In this document: positions 34,093 to 47,013 of the stretch, in pieces
Layout: the number at the start of each line of letters is the position of its first letter
Position numbering within the stretch: the stretch's first letter is position 1
DNA from: Podospora anserina
Taxonomy: Eukaryota
Length of the DNA stretch: 64,000 nt
Direction of reading: 5' to 3'
Assembly: GCA_017654855.1 (NCBI GenBank)
Contig: CM030337.1
Span: forward strand, 2,232,001 to 2,296,000
Made by a program: the position numbers and the translations under genes
The notes under the pieces: model-generated
Databases searched by the model: none
What the model was told of the DNA's origin: nothing
Seen by the model: only the letters and a program-made list of their open reading frames with translations

Positions 34093-35124
34093 ATGCCACC
34101 AAGATTACGATGCACAGCGTCGGCCCGCGGCCTGACTGCTGCTGTCAAACCCTCCAGACCATCTGCTGCTCTCCTGCGCCCATCAACCCCAGCAGTGACC
34201 TCGGCCGCCAGACAATATGCGACGGTATCTAGAGGCCTGAGCCTACCCGACGACTATGTCCCTCCCACAAAACCGCCCACAGCCCGTCCCGGCGAGACCC
34301 GGAAGGCCCAGCTACTCCGAACATATACCTCCCTCCTCCGCACCACCCCCGTGGTTCTCCTGTTCCAACACAATAACCTGACTGCCGAGGAATGGATTGC
34401 TGTTAGACGGGAACTCAAGGCCGCTCTCGACGCTGTACCAGCTACGGGAGATGCGTCTGCCGATATTGCCTCCAAGGCTAAGATCCAGGTCGTCAGAACA
34501 AGTATCTTCGATGTCGCCATGAAGCTGGTCGAGTTCTTCGATCCCTCGAAAGTCGAGCCCACCTCTGCTCCTACTGCTAGCGGCAAGAGGGTAAAGGTCA
34601 CGTACAACCACGATCTTTCCAAGGCTGCCTGGAAGGCCGTCAAGAGTGTCACCATGGGTGAGACTAAGATTCCCGAAACCTCCACATACGCTCAGCTTTC
34701 GGCTCTTATGGTCGGTCCTGTGGCGGCGTTCACTCTCCCAGCTGTGTCGCCTCAACATCTTGCTGCTGCCCTCAGCATTCTCGCCCCCAGCCCTCCACAG
34801 TTCCCTGCGCCAACAAGAAAGAAGAACCCCGGTTATCATGAACCTATCACCCAGAGCGCCCTGCAGAAGCTGCTGCTCATTGGTGCCCGGATTGAGGACA
34901 AGGCGTTTGATATGGAGGGCGTCAAGTGGGTTGGTGGCATCGAGAATGGTCTGGATGGTCTGCGTGCCCAGCTTGTGCACATGCTCCAGAGCGCGGGCAT
35001 GGGTCTCACCTCGACGCTCGAGGGTGCGGGCAAGGCGCTCTGGCTCACGATGGAAAGCAGGAGAACTGTGTTGGAGGAGGAGCAGAACGGTGGGAAGACG
35101 GAGGAGAAGAAGGCCGATGCTTAA
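34093..35124 (+). CDS. Mitochondrial ribosomal protein uL10m (yeast MrpL11-like)
   Basis: Arg/Ala/Ser-rich presequence, then [17 protein letters not shown]...W..VRREL and [20 protein letters not shown]. Confidence 0.82.
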   Translation: MPPRLRCTASARGLTAAVKPSRPSAALLRPSTPAVTSAARQYATVSRGLSLPDDYVPPTKPPTARPGETRKAQLLRTYTSLLRTTPVVLLFQHNNLTAEEWIAVRRELKAALDAVPATGDASADIASKAKIQVVRTSIFDVAMKLVEFFDPSKVEPTSAPTASGKRVKVTYNHDLSKAAWKAVKSVTMGETKIPETSTYAQLSALMVGPVAAFTLPAVSPQHLAAALSILAPSPPQFPAPTRKKNPGYHEPITQSALQKLLLIGARIEDKAFDMEGVKWVGGIENGLDGLRAQLVHMLQSAGMGLTSTLEGAGKALWLTMESRRTVLEEEQNGGKTEEKKADA

Positions 35125-35843
35125 GCTTGAGCTGGTGGGTGTCTATCACATTTCATGTCTTGGCGGGCGTGGGGGAGCGTGCTGGTGTCATTACCCACGA
35201 TCTTGCACTGCAGTATATGCGAGATCTGGAGCTGTAAAATATACTGTAAAGATTCAATGCAAACAAGTTAAACATCATTTGATGATGTGTTTCTTTCATG
35301 TGTCAGTGAGTGCAAAACCCCACTAACATACCGTCCCTGCAGCTCAGGTGCCTACCCCGGTCGGCTTAACGGGATGCTTTCCTTGCGCGCGTCATCCCCC
35401 CCAGCTCAATGCGGCTCAGCAACGCAACACCAGCTTCTTGTGGTGCGAGGGTGATTTCCCTTGACACTTCAACTTCATATCACGGGTACTTCTCCCTCCC
35501 TCCCCGGTTTTGTTGAAGGAGATTCTAACCAAGAAATCTACCCACAGAGTCTAGACCATGCCGGCCAAGTATCAAGCTTTCTAAGCTCTTTCCCCCAACC
35601 AAGGCCCACCCAAGTCTTACACCCCTCCCCTCGTTCGCAACCCACCGTCCCGCTTTCCTGGTCGGCGGTCTCCCCCGCAACACCACCCGCAGACCACTGT
35701 TCACGATATTAATCGGACCACCGCTGCATATCGTCGACCTTCAACAGGCTCGCTCGCTGGTGGTATTTTGGTGTGTGTTGGCAAGCTTCAAACATAACAA
35801 GCTAGACAGTGTTAGCTCCCTTGTTAGACACACACACACAAAC

Positions 35844-36583
35844 ATGGACTTTGCACCCTATCAGTCCTCCCCACCAGAGCACACCCGCTCCCCATCCAAC
35901 AGCACCACCGCTGGGTCTCCGAGAACATCACTCGACACCACACGCAGGGGAGCGTTTTCCCCGTCCAACTACCAACACCGTCCACCAGCGAACTCACCCC
36001 CGCCGCTTCAACACCCGCAGCCGCAGAGGGCGTGGAGCGGGGATAATGTAGGGCGATATCAGAGTCCGCTGGCGGCAAACGTCTGGACGAGCGGGGATTC
36101 GTATCAGAACGAGACCGGGAACGGGGTGGCGTCGAGCGCGATGGGGGATTACTTTAGCAGTCTGGGGGCGAGGGAGGGGATGGTATCGGAGTTTGATACG
36201 AGCTTGGGGTTGAGGCTGGATTATGAGGCTTGTCTGGCGTATTTGGCGTTTCCGCCGCTGGGGGGGATATTACTGTTGATTTTGGAGAGGAAGAGTGATT
36301 ACGTCCGGTTTCATGCGTGGCAGTCGAGCTTGCTTTTCACGGGGCTGTTTGTCCTGCATTTGCTGTTTAGCTGGTCGAGTTTCTTGAGCTGGGTGATGTT
36401 TTTGGGGGATTTGGTGTTGATTGGGTGGTTGGTGTTGAATGCGTATCGGGATGCTGATACGCTGGATAGGTGGGTTTTTACTTTGGACGGGGCTCTGAGA
36501 AAGATGAAGATGACTGACTATGATATAGGTATGAGGTGCCGATTGTTGGACGGATAGCGAGCAGGATTCTCGATGATGAGTGA
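35844..36583 (+). CDS. Small multi-pass membrane protein (UPF0132/DUF4870-like)
   Basis: Motif EACLAYLAFPPLGGILLLILERKSDYVRFHAWQS. Intron near 36470-36528, last exon YEVPIVGRIASRILDDE*. Confidence 0.78.
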
Positions 36584-36981
36584 TGGAAATGGGAGGGTGG
36601 TGGGCCATGACAAGGGCTGTGAGGACTACGGAACGATGCCGGCATATGAGGACATGGAGAGTTTTAAGGCGGTGCTTCGGAGTTTGGGAGCGTTCCAATT
36701 ACACGGCGTACAGTACTTATTCGTTATGGGCCGTCTAATTTTACTCTATGTTTGGGAGGCATATGCTTTTGACGATTTCTGGTGCTGGGGGGGTGTTTTC
36801 AGCTAGCCATATCAGGCGTATAGGATTGGGAAGACTTGCAGATGATGGCTGCAGTGTCTAAGCCTCTGCAACAATACAATGCAATTATCCATGCCGCCTC
36901 ATATTTGTACACATCACGGTCCATTGTCCCATGAAAGTCGAACAGAAAGAATGATGTGCTCAGCCTTGCATGGTACCTTTG

Positions 36982-37195
36982 GGAGCTGGCGTTAGTCAGC
37001 GATCCCCGGGCTGTGGTTGGCTTCTGGGCAAAGTGGATCCCGCCGCCTTGCTGGTTACGTCGCGCTTTTGCCTGCTGCCGCCCAGCTCCTGGGCCATTTC
37101 GAGTGAGCTCCGGGCTTCCACAACCATTTCCGAACAACCACCAACAACAACCCCCATCACCACCCAGACAACGAAGCTTCTACCGACTCGGAGCT
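36982..37195. promoter_or_regulatory. Cluster of four GGAGCT elements (Rpn4-type proteasome regulon motif of filamentous ascomycetes)
   Basis: GGAGCT at 36982 and 37190, AGCTCC at 37084 and 37106, all within about 320 bp of the rpt5 ATG. Confidence 0.6.
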
Positions 37196-37300
37196 TGACC
37201 GCGAAACTCTGCATCTCTGCTGCGCATCTCTTCAAACTTTGGATTACTCCATTTCATCCGCATTCTCATCAACACCCCACCTCAGTCGCTACCCAGCACC

Positions 37301-38865
37301 ATGTCTACTCTCGAGGACCTTGCTGGTCTGACCAGCCGCCGCGATGACGACGACAAAAAGAAGGACGAGAAGAAGGACGACAAGAGCAAGAGACAAGGGG
37401 ATGGCGATGCCGAGATGAAGGATGCCGAGCCCGAGGAGGATGTGCTGGACGAGGAGATTCTGGCTCTTGCCACAGAGGACATCAACACTCGCCGCCGACT
37501 TCTCGACAACGACGCCAGAATCATGAGAAGCGAGTACCAGCGGTTAACGCACGAGAAGCAGACTATGCTGGAGAAGATCAAGGAGAACAAGGAGAAGATT
37601 GACAACAACAGGTAGGGAATGGCAATAGATCATGCTCCCTCCTCGGTAGTGCATCGCTGACACGGCTTTGCGCCATAGACAACTGCCCTATCTTGTTGGC
37701 AATGTCGTTGAGCTCTTAGACCTCGACCCCACCGCCGAATCATCCGAAGAGGGCGCCAACATCGACCTGGATGCTATCCGCGTTGGTAAATCGGCCGTGA
37801 TCAAGACATCGACTAGGCAAACGATCTTCCTACCCCTCATCGGTCTCGTCGACCCGGACAAGCTGCAGCCTGCCGATCTTATCGGTGTGAATAAGGACTC
37901 GTATCTTATTTTGGACACTCTGCCGGCTGAGTATGACAGCAGAGTCAAGGCGATGGAGGTTGACGAGAAGCCCACGGAGAAGTACAGCGATGTTGGTGGT
38001 TTGGACAAGCAGATCGATGAGATCATCGAGGCTATTGTCTGGCCGATGAAGGAGGCTGAGAGGTTCAAGAAGATTGGTATCAAGGCTCCAAAGGGTATGT
38101 TCAGCTGTATTCTAGGGATGTTGTATCAGGTATGCTGACCTATTACTCAGGATGCTTGATGTATGGCCCTCCAGGTACCGGCAAGACGCTCTTGGCCAGA
38201 GCGTGCGCTGCGCAGACTGATGCCACTTTCCTCAAGCTTGCCGGTCCCCAATTGGTGCAGATGTTCATTGGTGATGGTGCCAAGCTTGTGAGAGATTGCT
38301 TCGCTCTGGCGAAGGAGAAGGCCCCTGCGATTATCTTCATTGACGAGTTGGATGCCATTGGTACCAAGCGTTTCGACAGTGAGAAGAGTGGTGACCGTGA
38401 AGTCCAAAGAACCATGTTGGAGCTTCTCAATCAGCTGGATGGCTTCGCCTCGGACGACCGCATCAAGGTCATCGCCGCCACAAACAGAGTGGATGTCCTC
38501 GACCCTGCGCTGCTGCGTTCCGGCCGTCTTGATCGCAAGATTGAGTTCCCGTATCCCAACGAGGAGGCCCGGGCTCAGATTCTCAAGATCCACTCCCGCA
38601 AGATGAAGGTGGATGAGAACGTCAACTGGGGCGAACTGGCGCGCAGCACAGACGAGTTTGGTGGTGCCATGCTCAAGGCTGTTTGTGTTGAGGCTGGCAT
38701 GATTGCCCTGCGGATGGGGAAGAACAAGATTGGGCATGAGCACTATGTCGATGCCATTGCTGAAGTACAGTCCAAGAAGAAAGACGTGAGTACCCCCTTG
38801 CCCGGCACCTCGGTTTTCGGCCACATTACTAACGTTCCTTTCAGACGGTCAACTTTTATGCGTAA
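37301..38865 (+). CDS. rpt5: 26S proteasome regulatory ATPase Rpt5 (subunit 6A)
   Basis: Motifs [35 protein letters not shown] and [20 protein letters not shown]. Introns 37612-37678, 38095-38150 and 38786-38844; HbYX tail NFYA*. Confidence 0.97.
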
Positions 38866-39029
38866 TCTTGTTTTCGGTCTGGCTTTGTATTCAAGCGGAG
38901 GATGGGGCTGGGAAATGGCAATGGCACTGGATGGCTGGGGGCGCATGGTAGATTTGCATGTGCCGCGGTATCATAGAAGAAGTGGCGGAAGCCGGTCGTT
39001 GCGTAATACTATTCAGCAAAGCGACACGG

Positions 39030-39657
39030 TTTATGATGAACCAATCTTGTGTGTCTTTGTGATTTTCTTGTTCCTTGTGGTGTTTGTATGGTTGGGCTTT
39101 GACTCGACAGGTGAGTTCAGGTTTGCTTCATTCGAAGCCACTGCAGCCTTGGTTCGATATGATACAGCTGGCTCTTGTAGGATGCCTGACGGGGATCTGT
39201 TCCAGTTTGTACTCGACCTGGGATGCTCGCGTTATTTTGTCGAGGCTGGTCACTCTGGGGTTCTACTGCTTGAAAGGAAGCTTTTAAAGATAGTTAATAG
39301 GCCTCCATAATGGTCAAGAGGGTTATCAACAACCTAAGGTATCTTTTAACGAAAACGGCTGGGGCTGTCTTACTATAACACAGGCTTGGTTCTGGTATGG
39401 CTGTGCGATGGGGGTTTGACAGGGGCAGTCTGTCCACTTCTTCTGTTGATGTAAAGCTTTTAAGGGGGCTGAAGAATGATGAATTCCTGGCGGTCAACGG
39501 AGCTCTTATGATCATGGGTACGTTGATAACAAATATTATGAATAATGGGAGGTAATTGTTCAAGGGACTGGTAAGTTAGGGTTTTGGATTGTATGGATGG
39601 TTGAAGAGGAGGAGGAGAAGAGGAATAGTCAAGGTAAGAGTCGCTATAGGATAACAT
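39030..39657 (-). pseudogene. Possible RIP-degraded gene relic
   Basis: One minus frame reads protein-like (MLSYSDSY...) and is broken mainly by TAA/TAG stops (39462, 39375, 39372, 39348, 39336). No family recognised. Confidence 0.25.
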
Positions 39658-42600
39658 AAGATAGGTGATGTCGTCTGGCTGTCTTGGATGATTTTGAGCA
39701 AGTTGAGATTTAACGGATATTCCTCAGTATTCTCAGTCCTCTCCTCGACAGATATAGTCTTTACCAAGACACATAAAGTCTATCCATTCATCCTCTCAGT
39801 TCTTTTCCCAATACTGAAAGTCTTCTCCCCGATACTACGAGTCTTTTCCTGGGCCTAACAGTCGACAGACAATATCTTGCAGCTTATTCTCTCTTTGTCT
39901 CTACACTCCCTGAAACTCTCACCCATCAACACCTCGTTCCTCCATCACTCTGCCCCTTTTATTACCTTCACCATGGCTGAGTCGACCAGTCCGACATATC
40001 CCGCTCACCCGACTACCCGGCTCACCCAGCTCACCAGATACCGCGCAGCAAATTGAACAAAACACCACCACCAACTCTCCCCTCCTTCCCCGTCAGTATG
40101 CCCCCTCCAATTCCTCAGCTATCATCTCATCCCAGCGACCAGCCCTGGTATCATTTCACCTCCACCGCGGATAACAAGCAAATCTCGGGTTAGGAGAAGC
40201 CGCTGGCTTCAGGTGGGATGCATAAAGCAGAGACCAACTATTACCGAGCGCGTGCCAACTCAGCAGATGGGCCCACGGATGTACACATCAGTCCTCAAGC
40301 AAGCCAATAGGTAGGTGCTGTGCGAAGCCGATAAATAGGAGGAGTGAAGCTCCATGGACCTCCGACATGGAGCGCCCACTGGCGCCTGTCCTACTAGACC
40401 ATCCAGTCCGCATGGTGAATGGTAAATAACGCCCGCTGGGGGGGAGTATGGGGTCGAGGACCGGACGGAGGGGATGAGCGCAGAAATAGCTTGGTTGGGG
40501 AACACCACGGGCTGCTGGCTTGCAGGGTTGAGCGATACGGGGTGAGATACCTATACAGATCGAGGGAAAATATGACCTGGTGGCGTATCCGCGTTGATAG
40601 TAAATACAGAGTTGGGCAGGAGTGATTGATGGGCGGGTTGCGGACGGGTAAATGAATAGTAGAAGCTGGGGATGAGATTTGGTCTGAATATGGGACAAGG
40701 GCTGTACTAGCTTGTTGGATCCTTCATGGGGTTTTGTATGTTTATTACATGTCTGCAGGTGTTAATGGGGGTTTCCCTCGCGATACAAAGTGGAATGTTT
40801 AATTTGGATTACATATTCCAAGTCATCGTGCCCAGGTACCTAGTCTGTAGCATGGCTACCTACGTTTCCTCAAATCAATGGATATCAGGTGGAAAATCTA
40901 CAACAATACAGAGTATAGTATTCGTATTTCAAAACAACCTGACCCCGACGACAATCCCAAGTTCTTTACAATAGCAGCAATAAAGTTAAGCTTTCTTATG
41001 GGTTGATGAAAACGGTTAAAGTTTCCAGTGAGTGATCGTTTGCTTGGTATTCACTGATCTGTGGCCTGCGCAATACAGGAAATGTTGAAATAGGTCCGGA
41101 CAATAACAACTATGGATTTAACACCATCATCATTTGTGAAGTGTCTTTTGATGTAGTGTTGATCAGGTATAATTACTAGACGAGTTAGACATCCTCTGGA
41201 GAAGAACATGGTAATTTTTCGATATAAAGCAGAAGACTGCGCCCATTTTGGCTCAAAGGGGTACTATTCCGAGGCTGTTTCTCGTGTTTCAGGTGATTGG
41301 CCTACATACGACATGCTATGGTCCGCGCGCGCCTATATGGCACCATTTCGAGGTGTGTGCTACTTGCACAGGCAATATAGCATTCATTCTCACGATTCCA
41401 AGTCAGGTTTGCAATACGAACGAGCTGTGGTCTTCAACAGCCACTCATGAAGACTGGAGTCAGCGTTTCACTCGGCCTGATGACGTTGGAAGTCAAGCAT
41501 GGCATGTTCAGCCTCAGCTGTGGTGAGGTATACGACGAAGATTGAATGGTCGACGATGTTCATGATGGTTTTGTGGTATTCTCGTGATAGTATTTATATC
41601 TTCTCGGTCAACTTAGATAGGCATGTAGTTATATCCAGTACGAGCTTCGTAAGAAAGGAATCTGAGTGGTAGGATCAAAGTTTGTGAAACCAAAATGCAG
41701 TTGGGTAGACTGTAAAAATTCTCCTCACTGTTCATCTGCAAGGCCCTGCTTACGTGCTCACCAAATAATTCCGTGATTCGTCCTCCACGGCGCTTGTTCG
41801 TATTCTCCAAGTAGCAATGGTTACACAAGCCACCCCTCGAATCATATCCCCCTTTTGAGCATGGCGTTGGTGGAAGTAGGTACTTTCGTCCGGCAAGAAA
41901 CAGATTTGGAGAAAGAAAGGTGAAACACGGGAATCTACTTCCTCTCGGGATGTTTTCGGCCCTGTCAAGGTTGCAGTAGCTTCCTTCTCGGCCCTGCTGG
42001 CTTACTCGTGTGCTTCTTCTTTTGTTCTAGACGGTTGTGGCTGAGCAACAGCGGTTAATCGGGGCTGGGGAACCGTTAGCGAGCAAACCATCAACCACAG
42101 TCGACACACACCATTGGCTTTTTCGGCTTGAAAAGTAAAATGAGATAAATGTTCCCGAGTCGCGCTAGAAAAGGGCAAGGCAGAATGCCACGAGTCAAGT
42201 ATGGGGGGTTGCACAACAAGGTGGTTCTGCCGTACTCGTATACATCGTACAGGATTCGAGTGGTGGTTTTATGGCTCGGCATTGGTGTGACAACGTTTGG
42301 GTTGGTATACTAGTGCCATTTAGTCAGGTAGTAGTGTTTGGTCCTCATTTTAGCATGTTATTTCTTTCTTTGAGTACATAGGATACCCGGTGTGTGGGTA
42401 ATTGTTCGTCTTTGACGTGAGCATTGCATCAAGTCGTCAAATAGGGGAAGGCTAGGTATTGAAAATGATGCTCGGTCAAAAGTCGGGCTTGTGAGATGGA
42501 GAGGGTTTGAACATCATCTCTAGGTGCTGAGGCATGTGATATCAAACACCAGGGAAGACATACGTCAGACCGGCATGGCAAAACTGGGGTAAGTGGTTGA

Positions 42601-45600
42601 GTATGACTTCACCGCCGATCGGAGTGTTGATCTTGAAACGGAATATGCCAAATGAAAGAATTTATTTGATCAGCCATTTGCAAGCAGCTCTTGATGGATT
42701 CTGGGCCCTGCTAATTTTCCCTGAAAGGCGTTGACGATCCCCCACAATGTCTCTGCCGAACAACGTAGAATATGAACTAGAAAACAGCCGAGCATGGCCC
42801 AGCAAAAGCGGAACCTTGCAGAGTGGAATTAACGGGATGGCTTTCCTGCGACGATGATTTGAAACCGCCACGAAAGGCCTGTCGCATTTGGTGGTTGGGT
42901 TCGACCACATATGCAGCTACTCAGGGTACTTGTGTGCTATGTGGAGAGTGATGTTAATGTTGCGGGGGCTCAGGGGAGCAGAATGCACATCTGCAACTGA
43001 CGTCTTATCGTAGAGTCGTAGTCTCTTGGATGTATACCGGTCACAATGCGAAATACGGCGTACCGAGACGTGACAACAGCGAGCCGCGAGCCGCGGTCCC
43101 TGTCTAGTTTGCCAGTCCGGCAACTTTATTACTTTATCGGCGAGGTTATTAAGACATGTCAAGCTAAAACGCGATTAGTGCCCGATGAAAATGGTGATAG
43201 TCGAACGGGAAGTGGGGGCGCCCAAAGTGCAAAGCCACCATCCTTTTGTCTCCATTGAGCATAGCGTGTCGATGCCCACTTAGGATCCCCGTCTTCACCC
43301 AACAGCACATCTGCCGGACATCACGATATCTGATTCCCAACTTCATGGCTCCAGGCGCCTGTTTGCGACACGTAAGCAAGCCCTGCAGTAGACCAGAACG
43401 GGGTTAAGACCATGTGGTTGTCAGCATCGGGCTTAAGCTACCGGTGTGCTGGATTAGGTACTTGTATCATGTTGGACAAAAGTCCTCTGCTTAGCCGTCG
43501 TCCAATGATGCCAAGGGACGTTATGGCGGGTGTGAAATGAACGTGTCGTTCCCAGAGTGGGCTCCGGCTTGTTGGGGTGCAAGAGCATACAGGCCGAACA
43601 CCACCAGGCTCTGAGCATAGGTAGCCCTCGAGATGGTGCAGGGCCCTGATGCAGGTAAGCAGGCGGTATCCAACGGCATTTAGGCGGCCCGGGGAATGGA
43701 TAGCTAGACAACGTTGCATGAGACCGGAGATGGAACGGCAATAGGGACTAGGTGATCGCAGACGCGTGGAATGGTCGTTGATAGACTTCTTAATTCGTTG
43801 ACGACGAACTCTGTATGGTTGAATCTTAACCCAACTGTCCCGCCAAGAGGTTGTTGGTTTAAAGTTGAACAGCTCGGAATCAACAGCGCCGCATGTAAGT
43901 GCGAAGTTGACATAATCAGACATTTAAAGCTTGGTCGCAGTTGAAGGCCAGAGGGGTTAGTCGGTAGTCCTAGAAAGCAACTCCAGAGACTGTCTCTATG
44001 TGCATGGACGTGTATACGTCAACAAAAGCTCACAAAGCGTGATGCCGCGGCCTTGGCTGATGGTGACAGCCAGTAATAATTCTGATGCCTGAAGTGTGTT
44101 CGCGGCCTCTGTACAAGCGGTACGACCCTGTGTTGGATCTCTGTAGCTGATGATGTTCGAGACAATTTCTATGTTGTTGAATCATTAGACTTGGTCTAGG
44201 GGGTCTTCAAAACACTGGGTCCCATGACGAGTGCATTGAATCTGTGTTAGATATGGTTGGTATGGGTTGTGTCAGTATGACGGAGATTACCGTAGACAGC
44301 GACTTAGCTGAAAGAATGCTTCATCAAATTCGAGGTCCAAGTATCGTTGGTTCTTCCATAATTATCCGGACAAGTCATCGGCCTCAGGTACGTGATGCTA
44401 CTGGGAGCAACGGCCTGGAAGAGTCACTCTTGGTTGTTCCCACTACGTATCTAAACGCAGCAAATTTTGCAAGGTTGGGGGTTGTTGGTTGACATAAGGG
44501 CCGCGCATGTGGTGTTCTCCGTGGTGGAAATACCGACTTGAAGAACACTAGAAGACCATCAGTATGTGTTCATGATGATTTCCCCAACAATTCCAACACC
44601 TACAACGAAATGTGATAGGTAATCAGACGGAAATAGGAGGAAAGCATGGCGTAGAGGCGTTTCCGTGGCCTTGCCGTGATCCTTTCATGGTGGTGAACAA
44701 AACAAACAAAGAAGACACAAATTCCATGCGACTGAACAAGAAACCAACGAAGAATCCATCGATGCGGCAATAGGGCTGAGTAGTACTGGCATCTTGGGGC
44801 GCGATGATGGTGGTTGTCAGCTGTGCCGCAGGGGACTGCTCAAGTTGATACCGTGGTGTGAGATATATCGGCGGCCTGCATAAACAACCTCCCTTACCGG
44901 GACACGGGAGCGGTCTCGTGATGCGTTGACTCGACCATCATCACGAAGTGGTGGTGCGTGCGTCATCGTGGTGGACGATGCTGGGTTTGAGGAGAGTCAA
45001 GACTTTTGGTGCCTGGCGTGCCTGGCGTGCCTACCAAAAAATTTCGCTAGCGCTTGCGTAGTCCAAAATGCGCCAGGCATCCTCAGGCAAGTGCCCCGTA
45101 TTATGTCCTTCCTGCCCCTGTACTATTCAAACGGCCCACCGGGACGACACCCTGTGTGTCCATCGCGTCTGTCCTCACTTCCAAAGAAAACACATCTCAT
45201 CTTTGAATCCATCCTCCAACAAATCTATCGACCACGTTTTCGGGCCCCTTAGACCATCCGCAGCCGCTGCAATCCTCCGCCACAGACAGGCGCCACGCAT
45301 CCAATTGGGATAAGTGTGCATTTGCGCCCCTGCAAGTCCACGACCCAGCAATGCAACGACGCCAGTGCTGTCCCTGTCAGGTTCAAGCAGCATGGCAGCG
45401 GCATGTTGAAAACCTACGTCGGAATGGATATTTGGAGCTGACCAAGCACGCCCAACGAACACCACGGCATTGGTTCTCCAAATCCTTCAGAGAACAACCA
45501 CAACCGAATGCGCGAATCAAGCTTCAAATCCGCCTTGGAGATCGGTGGGGATCATTGGGATACACTAGGGGATATGAGCCGCCAATCGTCATGGACTCAA

Positions 45601-46270
45601 TCGTTCGATCAAGAGGTCGCCGACGAGGCAAAAAGAACACCACACCACCACAGCATCCAGACTGGCGATGTTCAAGTTTCCGAGATGCCTTCAACGCTGC
45701 GCCAAGCGGCGATGCTGCCTTGAGACAAGCACAGGTAAACCTTCTGGCTTTTTTTTTTGTCTCTTACGTTCTCTTGTCGTCACGTCAGTTGGCTCCTGCT
45801 TCTGTTCCGCACGGAGGGGGCATCACTTGTACCCTGCAAGGGCCTTGTGCACGCCAATTCCAGTGACGCTGTGGCCCCTATGCCTGGCTGGAGTCATCCC
45901 GCTTTGAAGGCGAGTCTAGTGACTCCACCTTCTCACTCATGAAATTTCAAGTGGGTTCGTAACTCAAAGTTATGGGGCACGGCCGGCGAGACACTTTCTC
46001 TCCCGGAACACCTCCGGGTCCGGCATTGCCTGCGGTACACCTTGGACTCTACTTGGATTCTGAGCCCCCCTACGGTACCCCTGTTCTGCCTGGCGGCACG
46101 TATTGCAAGGCTCCGCAGCATGCCATGCCACTCACTTGTCACTGTGGACATGGATACACACTACTTGGAGATGGTTGCCATCTGAAAATAATTTAAACAG
46201 CAGCTATTCCCACCTTTTGGATCATGATCATCAACAGCCCAACACCCACTTCCAGTTTTTAATAGCTTCA

Positions 46271-46324
46271 CATCAACATCAACATCAACATCAACATCAA
46301 CATCAACATCAACATCAACATCAA
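46271..46324 (+). repeat. (CATCAA)9 hexanucleotide repeat abutting a start codon
   Basis: Nine perfect CATCAA units followed by C-ATG at 46326. Confidence 0.95.
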
Positions 46325-46325
46325 C

Positions 46326-47013
46326 ATGTCTGGATACTACCACATGCCACTCCAGGGCCAGCATGACCAGCAACATGCTGAGCCGTCTGCCTTTCGACCT
46401 TCCCGAGCAGAGGACTGGGAACCATACCGAGACATCATTGCACATCTCTACAACACGATGAAGCTCAAGGATGTCATGACCGAGATGCAGATGACATACA
46501 ACTTCAAAGCAACGTAAGCTTCCACCTCTCCCCAACACCAAGACGTTGAACTGACATGTTTGATATTAGTGAGAAGCAGTACAAGACTCAGTTGAAGAAG
46601 TGGAACCTTGATACCAAGTACATCAAGGCATCCGAGTACATGGCCATGCTTCAGATCATGCGTGAGCGGGAGGCCCAGGACCCATCCAAGCAGACACGCT
46701 TCATTCTTCGCGGGAGACCAGTAGATCCCAAGGATATTGCTCGGTTTGAGAAGCGGCATCAGAAGAAAGGGACCCTGAAGGAAGGGGAGCTGGCAGAGCT
46801 TCAGGGTAGGCAAAATCTACCGTTCTTCACACATGACCATCAACTAATATATCAACCACAGAACCTGTCGAGGACCTCATCTATCACACTCCTTCTCCTG
46901 AGCCAACAGGATATGCATACACTGCAACCTCCGACTACGGGTCAACCTCTTCGTATGCAACCACTTCCGCATACGACACTTCCTCGCAATACGCCTATAG
47001 CTACGGCATGTGA
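46326..47013 (+). CDS. Small Clr5-domain protein (191 aa, 3 exons)
   Basis: Clr5 signature EDWEPYRDIIAHLY...LKDVM..M...YNFKATEKQYKTQLKKWNLDTKYIK. Introns 46514-46569 and 46806-46861; TPSP motif and Tyr/Ser/Thr-rich tail. Confidence 0.88.

Noticed and set aside
38786-39310. Rpt5 ORF apparently extended by about 175 aa with a hydrophobic stretch
   Set aside because: It arises from reading through intron 38786-38844. Splicing yields the conserved HbYX tail NFYA*. The open frame may mirror an antisense relic.
43438-43923. 161-aa ATG ORF in the gene-poor tract (also 50318-50704 and 41208-41526)
   Set aside because: No recognisable domain or codon bias. They might be relics but cannot be supported without searches.
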